A stretch of 64,000 bases of DNA, taken from positions 54,064,001-54,128,000 of the forward strand of contig OZ024749.1 of assembly GCA_964016885.1 (NCBI GenBank). The letters run 5' to 3'. The DNA comes from Eledone cirrhosa. Lineage: Eukaryota. The notes under the pieces were generated by a model. That model was not told where the DNA came from and searched no databases. It saw nothing but the letters and a program-made list of their open reading frames with translations. This document shows, piece by piece, positions 40,342-52,752 of this stretch (positions within the stretch are counted from its first letter, which is position 1; the number at the start of each line of letters is the position of its first letter). Made by a program: the position numbers and the translations under genes.

Positions 40342-40690
40342 AGTTGCACGGGTCTAGTCGTTAGGATATTGGACTTATGATCATAATCTCATTAGTTCGA
40401 TTCCTGGACAGGGTACTGTGTTATGCTCTTGAACAAAATACTTCATTTCCCGTTGCTCCAGTACACTCAGCTGAGAGTTAATCCTGCAATAGACTGGCAT
40501 TCTGTCCAGGGAGAGTCTTGTACTATGAAGGAGTGATGCTAGAGCTGTGAAATATTGCATGCATTAATTCCAGTTCTTCTTATTAATAACTGCATTGTTT
40601 CTTTCCAGGGACTATGTTGAAAAATAAACCTCATTTGGTCATTCCATGAGAGTATCTTGGTCAATCTATGAACTCTTCAGTTGACCCTTA
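40342..40690 (+). mobile_element. CORE-SINE variant (40342-40524) joined to a truncated mariner-type MITE (40522-40690)
   Basis: AGTTCGATTCC B box and CORE-like body; ACTATGAAGGAGTGATGCTAG...CAGTTGACCCT. Confidence 0.75.
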
Positions 40691-40865
40691 AATATATATG
40701 TGTGTGTGTGTGTGTGTTCAATGGACTCTAGCAAGCATGGAAGCATTTGCTTGTGGTATATAAATTTCTAAGAGAGTAGAATGCAATTTGAAGGAGATTT
40801 GGCTGCTACTTTTAACTGGCTGATAAAAAATCCTGGTATCCGCCAGCTGTGAGATATATATATAT

Positions 40866-41050
40866 AAAAAGAGTCAGGACCCCGATGGCTGAGCTCCAAC
40901 AGCTAGTTCAGACCTAGCTGTTGAAACGGCCAGAGCTCAGCCGTCGGGGTCCTGACTCTTTTCCTATTACCCACTCTACTACCCTAAGTATTGAGTACTC
41001 TGGTGCATTATGGTCCACCTGGTTCCTTACCACACTTCCTTCATTATATT
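40866..41050. mobile_element. Penelope-like family P1 fragment with palindrome at 40867-40962
   Basis: AAAAGAGTCAGGACCCCGATGGCTGAGCTC versus GAGCTCAGCCGTCGGGGTCCTGACTCTTTT around an AACAGCTAG/CTAGCTGTT hairpin followed by GAAAC. Confidence 0.65.
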
Positions 41051-41056
41051 ACATAC

Positions 41057-41270
41057 AACAACATCCAGTCCAAACTAATGAGATCGAGATCGAGATCGTG
41101 TAGGTGTCACAACAAAAAAACACACAGTCCACGCTGTAATGTGGCCATGTAGGTAACACGGTAAAAGGTTCCCGGTCCACACTGTAAATGTGGTTGGTGT
41201 TAGGAAGGGCATCCAGCCATAGAAAACCTGTCAGATAGTCCTATACGAACGAGACTTGGTCACCCGACCA
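41057..41270 (+). mobile_element. RTE-tail-related SINE/LINE fragment (subfamily 2)
   Basis: Inverted homologue at 52753-53052. Confidence 0.8.
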
Positions 41271-41736
41271 ATCTATCTATATATATATATATTCATATTT
41301 CTCTCTCTCTCTCTCTCTCTCTCTGTATATATGTATATACACACACATAAAAAAAACCTTTATTGCTGATATATGTCCACAAAACACTGAGCAAACACTA
41401 AACTAAACGCTAACCTGCACTCATAATTCCGGCTAAACCGACCCATGATATATAATCTTTTAGATTATATATCATGGGCTGGTTTAATTTGCTGAAGAAA
41501 ATAGTAATCTAATATCTTGCAAATAAGCTTTTAGTACTTCTATTGCAAAAGTGAAGCTATTCAAAGCTAATATATGAGAAGGTGTCAAGTGTTGATACAT
41601 GTTCTGACCCTGGCTATCATTGACACAGAACTGACAGATAATAAACTTTCTGTCTATGTGAAGCATTTGAAAGCATTTCAACAATGATATGAAAGTTTGT
41701 TCAGTGGTTTAGGAGAGCCGGCCATACCAGAACCTG

Positions 41737-42085
41737 TGTAAGGTGGTTCAACTGTAAAGTGGTTGTACTGGTGATACGACAAAAAGCACCCAATCCACCC
41801 TGTAAGGTGGTTGTGTTGGTGACATTACAAAAGGCACCTAGTCCACCCTGTAAGGTGGTTGTGCTGGTGACATGGCAATGAGCACCCAGTCCACCCTGTA
41901 AGGTAGTTGTGCTGGTGACATGGTAATGAGTACCTAGTCCATCCTGCAAGGTGGTTGTGCTGGTGACATTACAAAAAGCACCTAGTCCAACCTGTAAGGT
42001 GGTTGTGCTGGTGACATGACAACAAGCACCTAGTCCACCCTGCAAGGTGGTTGTATTGGTGACATAGCAAAAGGCACCTAGTGCT
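41737..42085. repeat. 48-bp minisatellite, about 7 copies, related to the RTE 3'UTR subrepeat
   Basis: TGTAAGGTGGTTGTGCTGGTGACATGGCAA..AGCACCCAGTCCACCC; compare 63518-63620. Confidence 0.88.
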
Positions 42086-42252
42086 ACTTATTGCAACAAC
42101 CCATATATCAAGATTCTCCCCACACTTTCCCTAGTCTCAGATATCCTCTGAATCATGGATTCTGCTCCCTATTACTACAACCCATGTGTCGATGTTCCCT
42201 CTCACACTTTCCCTAGTCTCAGACATTCTCTGATCATGTGTTCTACTCCCTA
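42083..42252. repeat. Two tandem copies of about 82 bp
   Basis: CACACTTTCCCTAGTCTCAGA twice. Confidence 0.8.
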
Positions 42253-42791
42253 CTTCCGCTGACTAAACCATAAAATCATTTAAATATACTTTAGCTTTAG
42301 CTATAAATTGATTTTGTCAGCTATCTCCGAACACTTACAACTGTGGTTTGATAACAGTTTTCTCTTAGTTATATTTATCTATTTCTCTTTTCAGTTTTAC
42401 TCTAAAAATAGACTATTTTTCCTTAAGTACTGATAAATGCAATCTTTCAGTGTTTGATTTTGGCAGAACGTTACACACATTCTCTTATTAATTGGTCCTA
42501 TTGTTTCCCTATCCTCATAATTTCTCTTATCTTCCTACTGATTACATAACTCCAACTTTCAACTTATCTCTGGAATAACTAAACAACAGAAGGCTATTAT
42601 TTTAAACTTGACAGTTGTAGATCTTTCTTGAACACAACTTTGCTTCAGTATATTTCTTATGTATTCCTCCCGAAATACTTCTAATGTTTCATGATAACCA
42701 AGTCTAACTCAGTTTCCTTAAATTAGTTTTGCCTTTCATCCATTCGAGGCCAATGAAAAAAAAGTACCAGTCAAGTACTGGGATCGATTCT

Positions 42792-42826
<35 letters not shown>

Positions 42827-43140
42827 CCCCCCCTCTCTCACTATCCTTCTCTGGAAGAAATCTGCTGCATTCAAACCTGGAGAGGGATGTGCTCTGCCAG
42901 GCTTTAAAAATGCCCAAGAAACACTGTATGCCACTACAGCACCCTTACAACTCCACCAAGAGTTGTGGGGCCATACCATACTATATTACTTTCCTAATCT
43001 GGTATTTTATATGAATTAGTTAGAAAGGGGAAGGCAGTGCCCATAACATTTTTGAAAGTTTCCCAAACAGAAGGGGGTGGAGAGGAGGGTAAGGAGGAAG
43101 TTATCTTCAGACTATGGTGAGATGGGGGGGGGGGGTAAAA

Positions 43141-43956
43141 CAGGTGATAGGTTAACACACTACTTGACCATAGTGAAGGAGGGTCAAACCAGGTGATAGG
43201 TTAACACGCTACTTGACCATAGTGAAGGAGGGTCAAACCAGGTGATAGGTTAACACACTACTTGACCATAGTGAAGGAGGGTCAAACCAGGTGATAGGTT
43301 AACACACTACTTGACCATAGTGAAGGAGGGTCAAACCAGGTGATAGGTTAACACACTACTTGACCATAGTGAAGGAGGGTCAAACCAGGTGATAGGTTAA
43401 CACACTACTTGACCATAGTGAAGGATGGTCAAACCAGGTGATAGGTTAACACACTACTTGACCATAGTGAGGGATGGTCAAACCAGGTGATAGGTTAACA
43501 CACTACTTGACCATAGTGAGGGAGGGTCAAACCAGGTGATAGGTTAACACACTACTTGACCATAGTGAGGAAGGGTCAAACCAGATGATAGGTTAACACA
43601 CTACTTGACCATAGTGAGGGAGGGTCAAACCAGGTGATAGGTTAACACACTACTTGACCATAGTGAGGAAGGGTCAAACCAGATGATAGGTTAACACACT
43701 ACTTGACCATAGTGAGGGAGGGTCAAACCAGGTGATAGGTTAACACACTACTTGACCATAGTGAGGAAGGGTCAAACCAGATGATAGGTTAACACACTAC
43801 TTGACCATAGTGAGGAAGGGTCAAACCAGATGATAGGTTAACACACTACTTGACCATAGTGAGGGAGGGTCAAACCAGGTGATATGTTAACACACTACTT
43901 GACCATAGTGAGGAAGGGTCAAACCAGATGATAGGTTAACACACTACTTGACCATA
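43141..43956. repeat. 49-bp minisatellite, about 16.5 copies
   Basis: CAGGTGATAGGTTAACACACTACTTGACCATAGTGAAGGAGGGTCAAAC. Confidence 0.97.
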
Positions 43957-45660
43957 CTTGACAATGGAGAAAGAGGGTTATACCAGGTGATATGTTAGAC
44001 CCTACTGGACAATGAACATCGACAACATTAGGATACATTTAATTAATGTCATTATCAACTGGAAGAATTGGTAGAGCATCAGACACAATACTTTGAACTA
44101 TTTAGCTATGAACTTCTACGTTTTGAATTTAAATCTCATTGGTGCCAACTTTGCCTTTCATCCTTCTGGGGTGGGGGTGGGGTGGGGGGTGATAAAATAA
44201 ATCAGTCATTTAAGAACTGCAGCTGATATAATCGACTTTCTCCTTCGATTCATCTTCTATGTTGGGTTACTGGGTCGAATTTCCACCCCTCTCTCCTCAC
44301 ACACATTTTAAATTGTTTTGTATCTGTTTTGTTACTTGAATAATTAAAAATCAGCAAACCTCAGGCAAACAGAAATACTTCCTGTGGTTATATGTTGTAT
44401 GTACTTCCTGTTAACACTGCACACCAGTGTGTGTTGTGTGTATGTTGTATGTATTCTACTGTAACATTACACACCAGTGTATGATGTGTACTCTACTCTA
44501 ACACCACCACCACCACCACCAGTATATAGTATATACAGTACATTCTAGAACATTTCCTGTCAATCTACCAGTTGTTATATACTGTACCAGATCGACCAGT
44601 TGTTATATATTGTACCAGATCTACCAGTTGTTATATATTGTACAACATAAGCAACAGTAAACTCAGTAAAACAGTCAACACTAAAAATCTATGTTAATTC
44701 TTTTTTGTCCACTTTATCTAACTTAATTAATTATCCTTATTTCATATTATTTATTTATACAGCCAACATTAACAGCAACGAGTAATGCACAGATAGTCTA
44801 TATTTTTGTATATATTTTGTGCGTGTATTTTTGTATATATTTTGTGTATATTTTTTTGTATATATTGTGTATATTTTTGTGTATATATTGGTTGAGTATA
44901 TTTGTGTATATATTTTTGTATATTTTGAGTGTATATTTTGAGTGTATATTTTGTGTATATATAGTGTACATATTGTGTATATATAGTGTACGTGTTTGTG
45001 TATATATTTTGTGTATATATTTTTTGTGTATATTTTGTATCTTTTTCTTTTTGTGTATCTTTTAATGTCTTTTTTAATGTCATGTGCAGTAATGTAGCAG
45101 ATGTATGGTGTCTATAAATTCCTGCACTTCATTCTTGTCTGAGACAAAACTGGTTCAGTAGAATTAACAGTTCACTATACACATTACTACCTCATATAAG
45201 GAGTGGAAGGAATGGATTGTAATTCTGTTGTAAAGCTGCAATATATTGAGGTGGGGTGGGGGTGATGGTGCGGAGGCAGAGGTGTATTGACCTCTTAACG
45301 TCCTGAACCACATGGAACCACATTAACAAGATATTGTTGAAAAATACAAAACAGCACTGACTGTTGTTGTTGTTGTGACAGCTCACACCTATGCAGGTTT
45401 AGCTGGCCTCCTCCAAGGTATATCTCATTGGAGGTGTCTTGCGTAATTTAATGATAGGGACCCCAGTCCTATCATCTCATTTCTCTATATATATATATCA
45501 ATAAAAGGCCTTGGGCGCACCGCTGATCACTTTTGATGTCCTGTTTTACAGCTGATGAAGGATTTCTTCTCTTGTTTCGTCCATATTACCATCTTAAACT
45601 TTGTTTACAGTAACCACACAGCTCGCTTCGTTTCATGTAATTTTATATATATATATATAT

Positions 45661-46271
45661 AGACACTATAGGCCACCAGATAGGGACTATACATCTATAG
45701 AGAGGCACTATAGAGCACCAGATAGGGACTATACATCTATATATAGACACTATAGAGCACCAGATAGGGACTATACATCTATATATAGACACTATAGACC
45801 ACCAGATAGGGACTATACATCTATATATAGACACTATAGAGCACCAGATAGGGACTATACATCTATATAGAGGCACTATAGACCACCAGACAGACACTAT
45901 ACATCTACATAGAGGCACTATAGACCACCAGACAGACACTATACATCTATATAGAGGCACTATAGACCACCAGACAGACACTATACATCTATATAGAGGC
46001 ACTATAGACCACCAGACAGACACTATACATCTATATAGAGGCACTATAGACCACCAGACAGACACTATACATCTATATAGAGGCACTATAGACCACCAGA
46101 CAGACACTATACATCTATATAGAGGCACTATAGACCACCAGACAGACACTATACATCTATATAGAGGCACTATAGACCACCAGACAGACACTATACATCT
46201 ATATAGAGGCACTATAGACCACCAGACAGACACTATACATCTATATAGAGGCACTATAGACCACCAGACAG
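45661..46271. repeat. 42-bp minisatellite, about 14.5 copies in two sequential subtypes
   Basis: 14-aa ORF periodicity; GATAGGGA variant at left, GACAGACA variant at right. Confidence 0.95.
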
Positions 46272-46796
46272 AGTATATAAATATATATATATATATATAA
46301 ACATTATAGAGACTACCTGCTGACATAAGTTCTGATTAGCCAATTTTAGAGCACAAGAACATTTTATTGATACAAACACAAAGTATAAGTGAATTGTTAT
46401 ATTGATTGAAATCAATATCTGCCTAGTAGCAGGTGATTTCTCACTCTTGCCTTGCCAACTTTGTGATTCACTTTTGATTTCCGATTGTAGACATTTCACT
46501 TTTAGTTTAGGTGGAGAGGCATGAGCTCCACAACTCCCATTTTTCCACCCTTACCTCCCTTGAAACTTAAGCTGAGTTATTTATTGCATTTGTCTTACAT
46601 CAATAAACTATTTATTGATCAACTTCACATTTATTATTTAGGTAGATATTAATGCAGGTATTAAGATATATATTTAGGTAGATATTAATGCAGGTATTAA
46701 GATATATATTTAGGTAGATATTAATGCAGGTATTAAAGTAAATATTAAGGTAGATATTAAATAGATATTAAAGTAGATATCAAGGTAGATATTACC

Positions 46797-47015
46797 ACCT
46801 TTAGCATTTAAACCGGTCATATCTGGCCAAAATTCTCTCAACTCTTTCTGTTCAAACCGGCTGTAACCAGCTGCTCATACTTATGTTAAGGTATTGTTCT
46901 AAAATAAATGATATCAAAATCTAATAGATTCGATATTATGTGTGACATAATTATGTGAGGTAAAGCTTTTACCGTGAAAATACAAAAGTAAATATAAAAT
47001 AATGTAAATGGTAAA
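46797..47015 (-). mobile_element. piggyBac-like MITE family 1 within a 12-bp-based AGGTAGATATT repeat (46640-47128)
   Basis: CCTTTAGCATTTAAACCGG end; body reverse to 26200-26412. Confidence 0.82.
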
Positions 47016-47904
47016 TATTAACGTATTTAGGTAAATATTTAGGCCGTTATTAAGATGGATATTAAGGCGGGTATTAAGGCGGGTATTAAGGTGGATATTA
47101 AGGTAACTATTAAGGTAGATATTTAGGAAGTTCAGTCTCAGAACAGCAGCAGTGTATTGGGGTTAAACACACATTTTTCAGCTGTTAGATTCAATCATTC
47201 TATAGTATAAATTCAAATCCTGTTAGGGTTCATTTTGCCTTTTCATCCTAACCCCTCCCCCCCATCACTAACCCCACTACCATAATACTTTTACATGTTT
47301 CTCCATGCTTGCATGGGTTTGACATGTCTTTTCCAGCACAAACCTCCCCTACTCCGCACATTGAGTTCCTTTTTCTCTTTTCCTTTGTCATTCCCTATCT
47401 CCTTTATGAGGTTCAGGTTCAGCACTTTGAGCTCCACTGTCAACACATCTGCCCAGGTCATCCTCTACTGCAGCTTTCATCCACTTGGGAACTCCTGGCA
47501 TTTATTTACTCCCCTCCTCAGCCACCTCTCCACCCCACAAAATAAATACAATCATGAGGTGATATCGATTTAATTGACTCTGCTCTCCATTTAAATATGT
47601 GGCCTTGTGCCAATGTTACCAACCAATACTGTCAGGCAGCATTAATTATAGATGGCTTAGATGTTTAGATAATGGCTTGTATGCAAATTTGTCTGCACAA
47701 ACACAATATGAAAAGTCCTTTGAAATGATTGTGTAGAATGCTGTGAAAGAATTAATAAATTTACGTACTAATTGAAAATGAATTTAAAAAGGTTTGGAGA
47801 CAGAGTAAATTGTTAATTGTTAATATAAATCTAAATAATAATAATAATAAATTTATGTCCTATTGAAAATATATTTTGAATGGTTTGGAGTCAAAGACAA
47901 TTGT

Positions 47905-48116
47905 TAATATATATATATATAATATATATGTATACATACATATATATATACATACATATACATACATATATGTATATATACATATATGTATACATACATA
48001 TATATATACATACATATATATATATATATATATATGTATGTATATATATATATATGTATGTATATATATATGTATGTATATATATATATATGTATATATG
48101 TATATATATATGTATG

Positions 48117-48148
<32 letters not shown>

Positions 48149-48236
48149 TATGTATGTATATATATATATGTGTATATATATGTATGTATATATATATGTA
48201 TGTATATATATATGTATGTATATATATATGTATGTA

Positions 48237-48270
<34 letters not shown>
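47905..48270. repeat. (TA/TATG)n array
   Basis: Directly visible. Confidence 0.95.
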
Positions 48271-48271
<1 letters not shown>

Positions 48272-48878
48272 CAGTCACCAGTTGGTGCTACTGGTAACAT
48301 GTATCCCAGTACAACCTGTCTCATGGTCGGGTCGTTGGCGACTAAACTGGCAACCCCACCAAGGTTTCTTGGTGAGGAGGGTGGCTTTGGACATCCTGCA
48401 GGACTAAAAACAAAACCTGTCAAAGGGCAAAGGAGCTCTTAAGAGTTAATGGCCATCCAAATTCACCGGGAGAGATGACCCCTTAGCCTTTGTCAAGGCA
48501 GAATTCTAGGAGAAGGAAAACTCTGATATAACACCTGCAACCCTGATGGTATCCAATGATGTTGACTTGTTCTTCTTTTTGGTAAATATCATCTTGGTTA
48601 AGAGAGTGGGACTGGCTTTGTGCAGTGCCTTTGCTCACTATAAAAGCTTCACGGCACAGGCATTGCTTTGTATCTGGAGATCTCTCTGCACTTGTCATCA
48701 CATGGTATGATGGGCCCAGCATTATGTGTCAATGATTGTCACAAGTGTAGTGTTTGTACCAGAGTTTTCAAGTCGCTGGCTGCCTAAAAAGTCACACTTG
48801 TTCAGCGCATCGGTAGGGATTCTCCTACATGGATATAAAGTAGTGGCCGTACTCGAAAACGAGTTGGCAGCCACCACC
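48271..48878 (+). mobile_element. Interspersed repeat resembling an RTE-type LINE 5'UTR
   Basis: Second copy at 8434-8716; CTAGGAGAAGGAAAACTCTGAT motif recalled from RTE 5'UTRs; partial HDV-like fold at 48306-48350. Confidence 0.5.
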
Positions 48879-48913
48879 ATGTATATATATATATATGTAT
48901 GTATATATGTATG

Positions 48914-48967
<54 letters not shown>

Positions 48968-49829
48968 CACATATATGTATATATGTATATCTATATATGT
49001 ATGTATGTGTGTGTATATGTATATATATATATATATAAATATATATATGTATGTATGTGTATGTGTGTGTAAGGATAATGAAATATATATATAAGTATAA
49101 ATATATAGGATAATAGATTTATGTCCTTTACTGAAATTATATTTAAAACAGTTGGAGACAAAGGTAATTGTAAATATAAATATGTAGGATATATTTATTT
49201 TAGTTAAACTTCAAAGATTAAATGAAACAGGGTTAGACAGACATGGAAGTAATATTACCATTGAGACTTATCTAACAGTTGCTTTGAATTCATCTCTTTA
49301 TTTGGTCTTCACTGTAGACTTTCACAGTTGTACTGGTTTGGTGACTTGACAATAGCTAGCATCTCAATATGTACACAACAACACATACACACACATGCAC
49401 ATACATACACATACACACACTCACACAGACATACACACACACATACAACATACACACACACATATTTATGTACACTACATAGGGGTTGTGAAGGCAAGTG
49501 GCTTACTGGTTAAAGAATTAGATTTGTAATCGTGAGGTTGTGAGTTCGATTCCCAGATTGGGAAATATAATTGAGGAATTGAGGAATTTATCAAAAAGAT
49601 CCCAGGCGTCATTTGTTTAACAAGTGGGGTGGAACTCATCAGATTGGACCAAGGAAACAATGTTTCCATTGGTCTTTCCATTGCTGATATCTTTAACTTT
49701 TACCAACAGACTGATAAATTTGCTCACAGGGATATGTTGTTGTTACAGCTCACACCTATGCAGGTTTAGCTGGCCTCCTCCAAGGTATATCTCGTTGGAG
49801 GTGTCTTGGGTGATTTAATGATAGGGATC

Positions 49830-49963
49830 TACAGCTGAGTAAACTGGAGCAATGTGAAATAAAGTGTCTTGCTCAAGGAAACAACACATCACCCGGTCCG
49901 AGAATTGAACTCACAACCTTTCGATTGCAAGCCCAATGCTCTAACCACTAAGCCATGTGTCTT
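49830..49963 (-). mobile_element. CORE-SINE B head and core
   Basis: Reverse complement of 56881-57018. Confidence 0.88.
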
Positions 49964-50432
49964 CAATTGCCATGTGTCTTCAATTACAGGGATATAGAAA
50001 AACAATAAAATATAAAGAATGGTGTACTCATGGAGACGCTATAACATAACTTATAAAATAGGGTGAAGACGCCTTAAAGATAGACAAGGAAATTTCCATT
50101 GACCATTCTTTTTCTATCTATTGTATAAGCTACTTTATAACATCTCCATGCATGAGAACACCATTCTTCACATTAACTTTATCCCCTCAGCACTTTGTAA
50201 AAGTCCAAGAGATTGTCTATATAGACACAATGTTTATTGACAATAAAATCTATATTTTTATCTTATCTTCTTCAGACATTGTATATAACACAATGATACT
50301 GCAAGGTCAGAAACTAAAATCTTAATGCAAAAAACAACAAAAAAGCAAAAACATATTGTGCAGCAAGACCAGAACAAACCAATAGAATCATCTAATCTGC
50401 TAGAAATAGAGACCAAATCTTCAAACCATACA

Positions 50433-50794
50433 TTAACTCTTTAGCATTTAAACTGGCTAGAATTATTTCACTTCTTTCTGTTCAAACTGGCTGTAACTGG
50501 CCACTCATACTGATGTTAAGGTATTGTTCTCAAAATAAATAATATCAAAATCTCATAGATTCAATATCATGTGAGATACTATGTGAGGTAAAGCCTTTAT
50601 CATGAAAATACATTAGTAAATATAGAGTAATGTAAATGTTATGTGAGATATTATGTGAGGTAAAGCCTTTACAATGAAAATACAATAGTATATATAGAGT
50701 AATGTAAATGGTATGTGAGATATTATGTGAGGTAAAGCCTTTACTGTGAAAATACAATAGTATATATAGAGTAATGTAAATGGTAAAGGGTTAA
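50433..50794 (-). mobile_element. piggyBac-like MITE family 1 with three copies of the 72-bp unit
   Basis: TTAA|CTCTTTAGCATTTA ... GTAAAGGG|TTAA. Confidence 0.88.
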
Positions 50795-51714
50795 AATATG
50801 CCACACTTCAGAAGGTTTTTAATAATATGATGATTGGAACTAGAGTAGGAGGAGGGAGGGGGGATACAAATAAATATATTAAATAAAACACAGGATGCTT
50901 TTCTACTTTGTGTAAACAGTAAAATAATAATTTAAAACATAACTACTTAAGACAGTAATAACATCATCAATGATGGTGATGGTGGTGGTGGTGGTGATGA
51001 TGGTGGTGGTGATGATGATGATAGTGCTATTGATGGTGGTGATGGTGGTGGTGATGATGCTGATGGTTGTGATGATGGTGGTGGTGGTGGTGATGATGAT
51101 AACACTTCTAATTAAAATATGTAATTGGTGGAATTCATCAATAAATAACGAAGCAAATTTGCAACCAAACCAGACAAGTTATTTTGTAGCAATTCAGCTT
51201 CTAGGAACATTTTTTTCCTTTTTCTCTCTCTGTTTTTATTTATTTATTTATTTTTTTGGTTATCGACCAAAAGTAAAAAATAAAAACCAAAAAATAATAA
51301 TAAATAAATAAAAAAAAACATAAAAATAAAAAATAAAAAGATAAAGATAAAAATAAAGTAAAAAATAAAAACTTATTTTAAATGAATAAATAAAAATAAA
51401 AGTATAGTATCAACAAAAACAGTTGAGTATTCACACTAATACCTACCTTTCAATCAATTAATCATTCTTCTAGTCTCACTAAAGCACCAATTTGTAGTTT
51501 GTAGTTACAACAAGTGGAATTGTTGACCTAAAGCTAACTATGTACCAAACTTACCTTAGTCAGAACATGTGCCAACATTTATTCAATGAGCGTGAAACAT
51601 ATCTATCTATTTATCTATATTTCTCTCTCTATTTATGTATATATATATATATATATCGTTTCTGAATTTGTTTAGCAAGATTCTTTATCTGAAATCGTGT
51701 GTTGAAACCGATAT

Positions 51715-51850
51715 TGTTATACTTTGGGAGGGTCATGTTGCCAATAATAAACTTATAAATTGTAAACTTATAAATATTTAATAAATTAAATTGAAGTGAA
51801 AGCAACTGGTGCGTGTGTTTCTTATTGGCAACATGACCCTCCCAAAGTAT

Positions 51851-51854
<4 letters not shown>
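51715..51854. mobile_element. 140-bp element with perfect 33-bp terminal inverted repeats (TGT...ACA)
   Basis: TGTTATACTTTGGGAGGGTCATGTTGCCAATAA at 51715-51747 and its exact reverse complement at 51822-51854; ATAT on both flanks; related ends at about 21889 and 60441. Confidence 0.65.
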
Positions 51855-51894
<40 letters not shown>

Positions 51895-51934
51895 ATCAAT
51901 CTATCTGTGTATATATATATATATTTCTCTCTCT

Positions 51935-52014
<80 letters not shown>

Positions 52015-52071
52015 AGCAATCTATCTATCTATCTGTGTATATATATATATATATATATTTCTCTCTCTGTC

Positions 52072-52108
<37 letters not shown>

Positions 52109-52214
52109 CTAATTAAACTATTTTTCACTGTGAACAATTTGTTAGCATTTTCTTTTCCGTTTACCAATATATATATATATATATATCTTTATATATATAT
52201 ATAAAGATATATAA

Positions 52215-52254
<40 letters not shown>

Positions 52255-52342
52255 TTATATATATATATATATATATTTATTTGTATCAATCTATCTATCT
52301 ATTTGTATATATATATTTTTCTTTCTCTTTCTCTTTCTGTCT

Positions 52343-52410
<68 letters not shown>

Positions 52411-52752
52411 GTATATATGTATATATATGTATGTGAGTGTGTATAAATATTCTGACCTTCTTCATCACACATTATTCACGACTTAAATGTCAAACATTTA
52501 ATTATATACATACTTTCTCCTCACCATGTAACTCCATGTAAATTATGTTTGGTTTTCATCATTTAAAATATTCCAGGACAGAGTTTAACTATCTTGTTAG
52601 ACACTGTGACCTAGAATTGACCAACAATACTGTCAGTAGGGGTTGAAACTGAGTTTGTCTGTTGACAACTGATGACCAAGGTGGTCTTGTACTTGTTACC
52701 AATTTTGCTTTCCCTCTCTGTCTTTCTCTCATTCTCTATATATTTGTGTGTA

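Noticed and set aside
45548-45600. CTGATGAAGG hammerhead half
   Set aside because: No stem II-GAAA partner; at most a deleted Penelope-type remnant. The same applies to GAAACCGGTT at about 56716 and CTGAAGA at about 50270.
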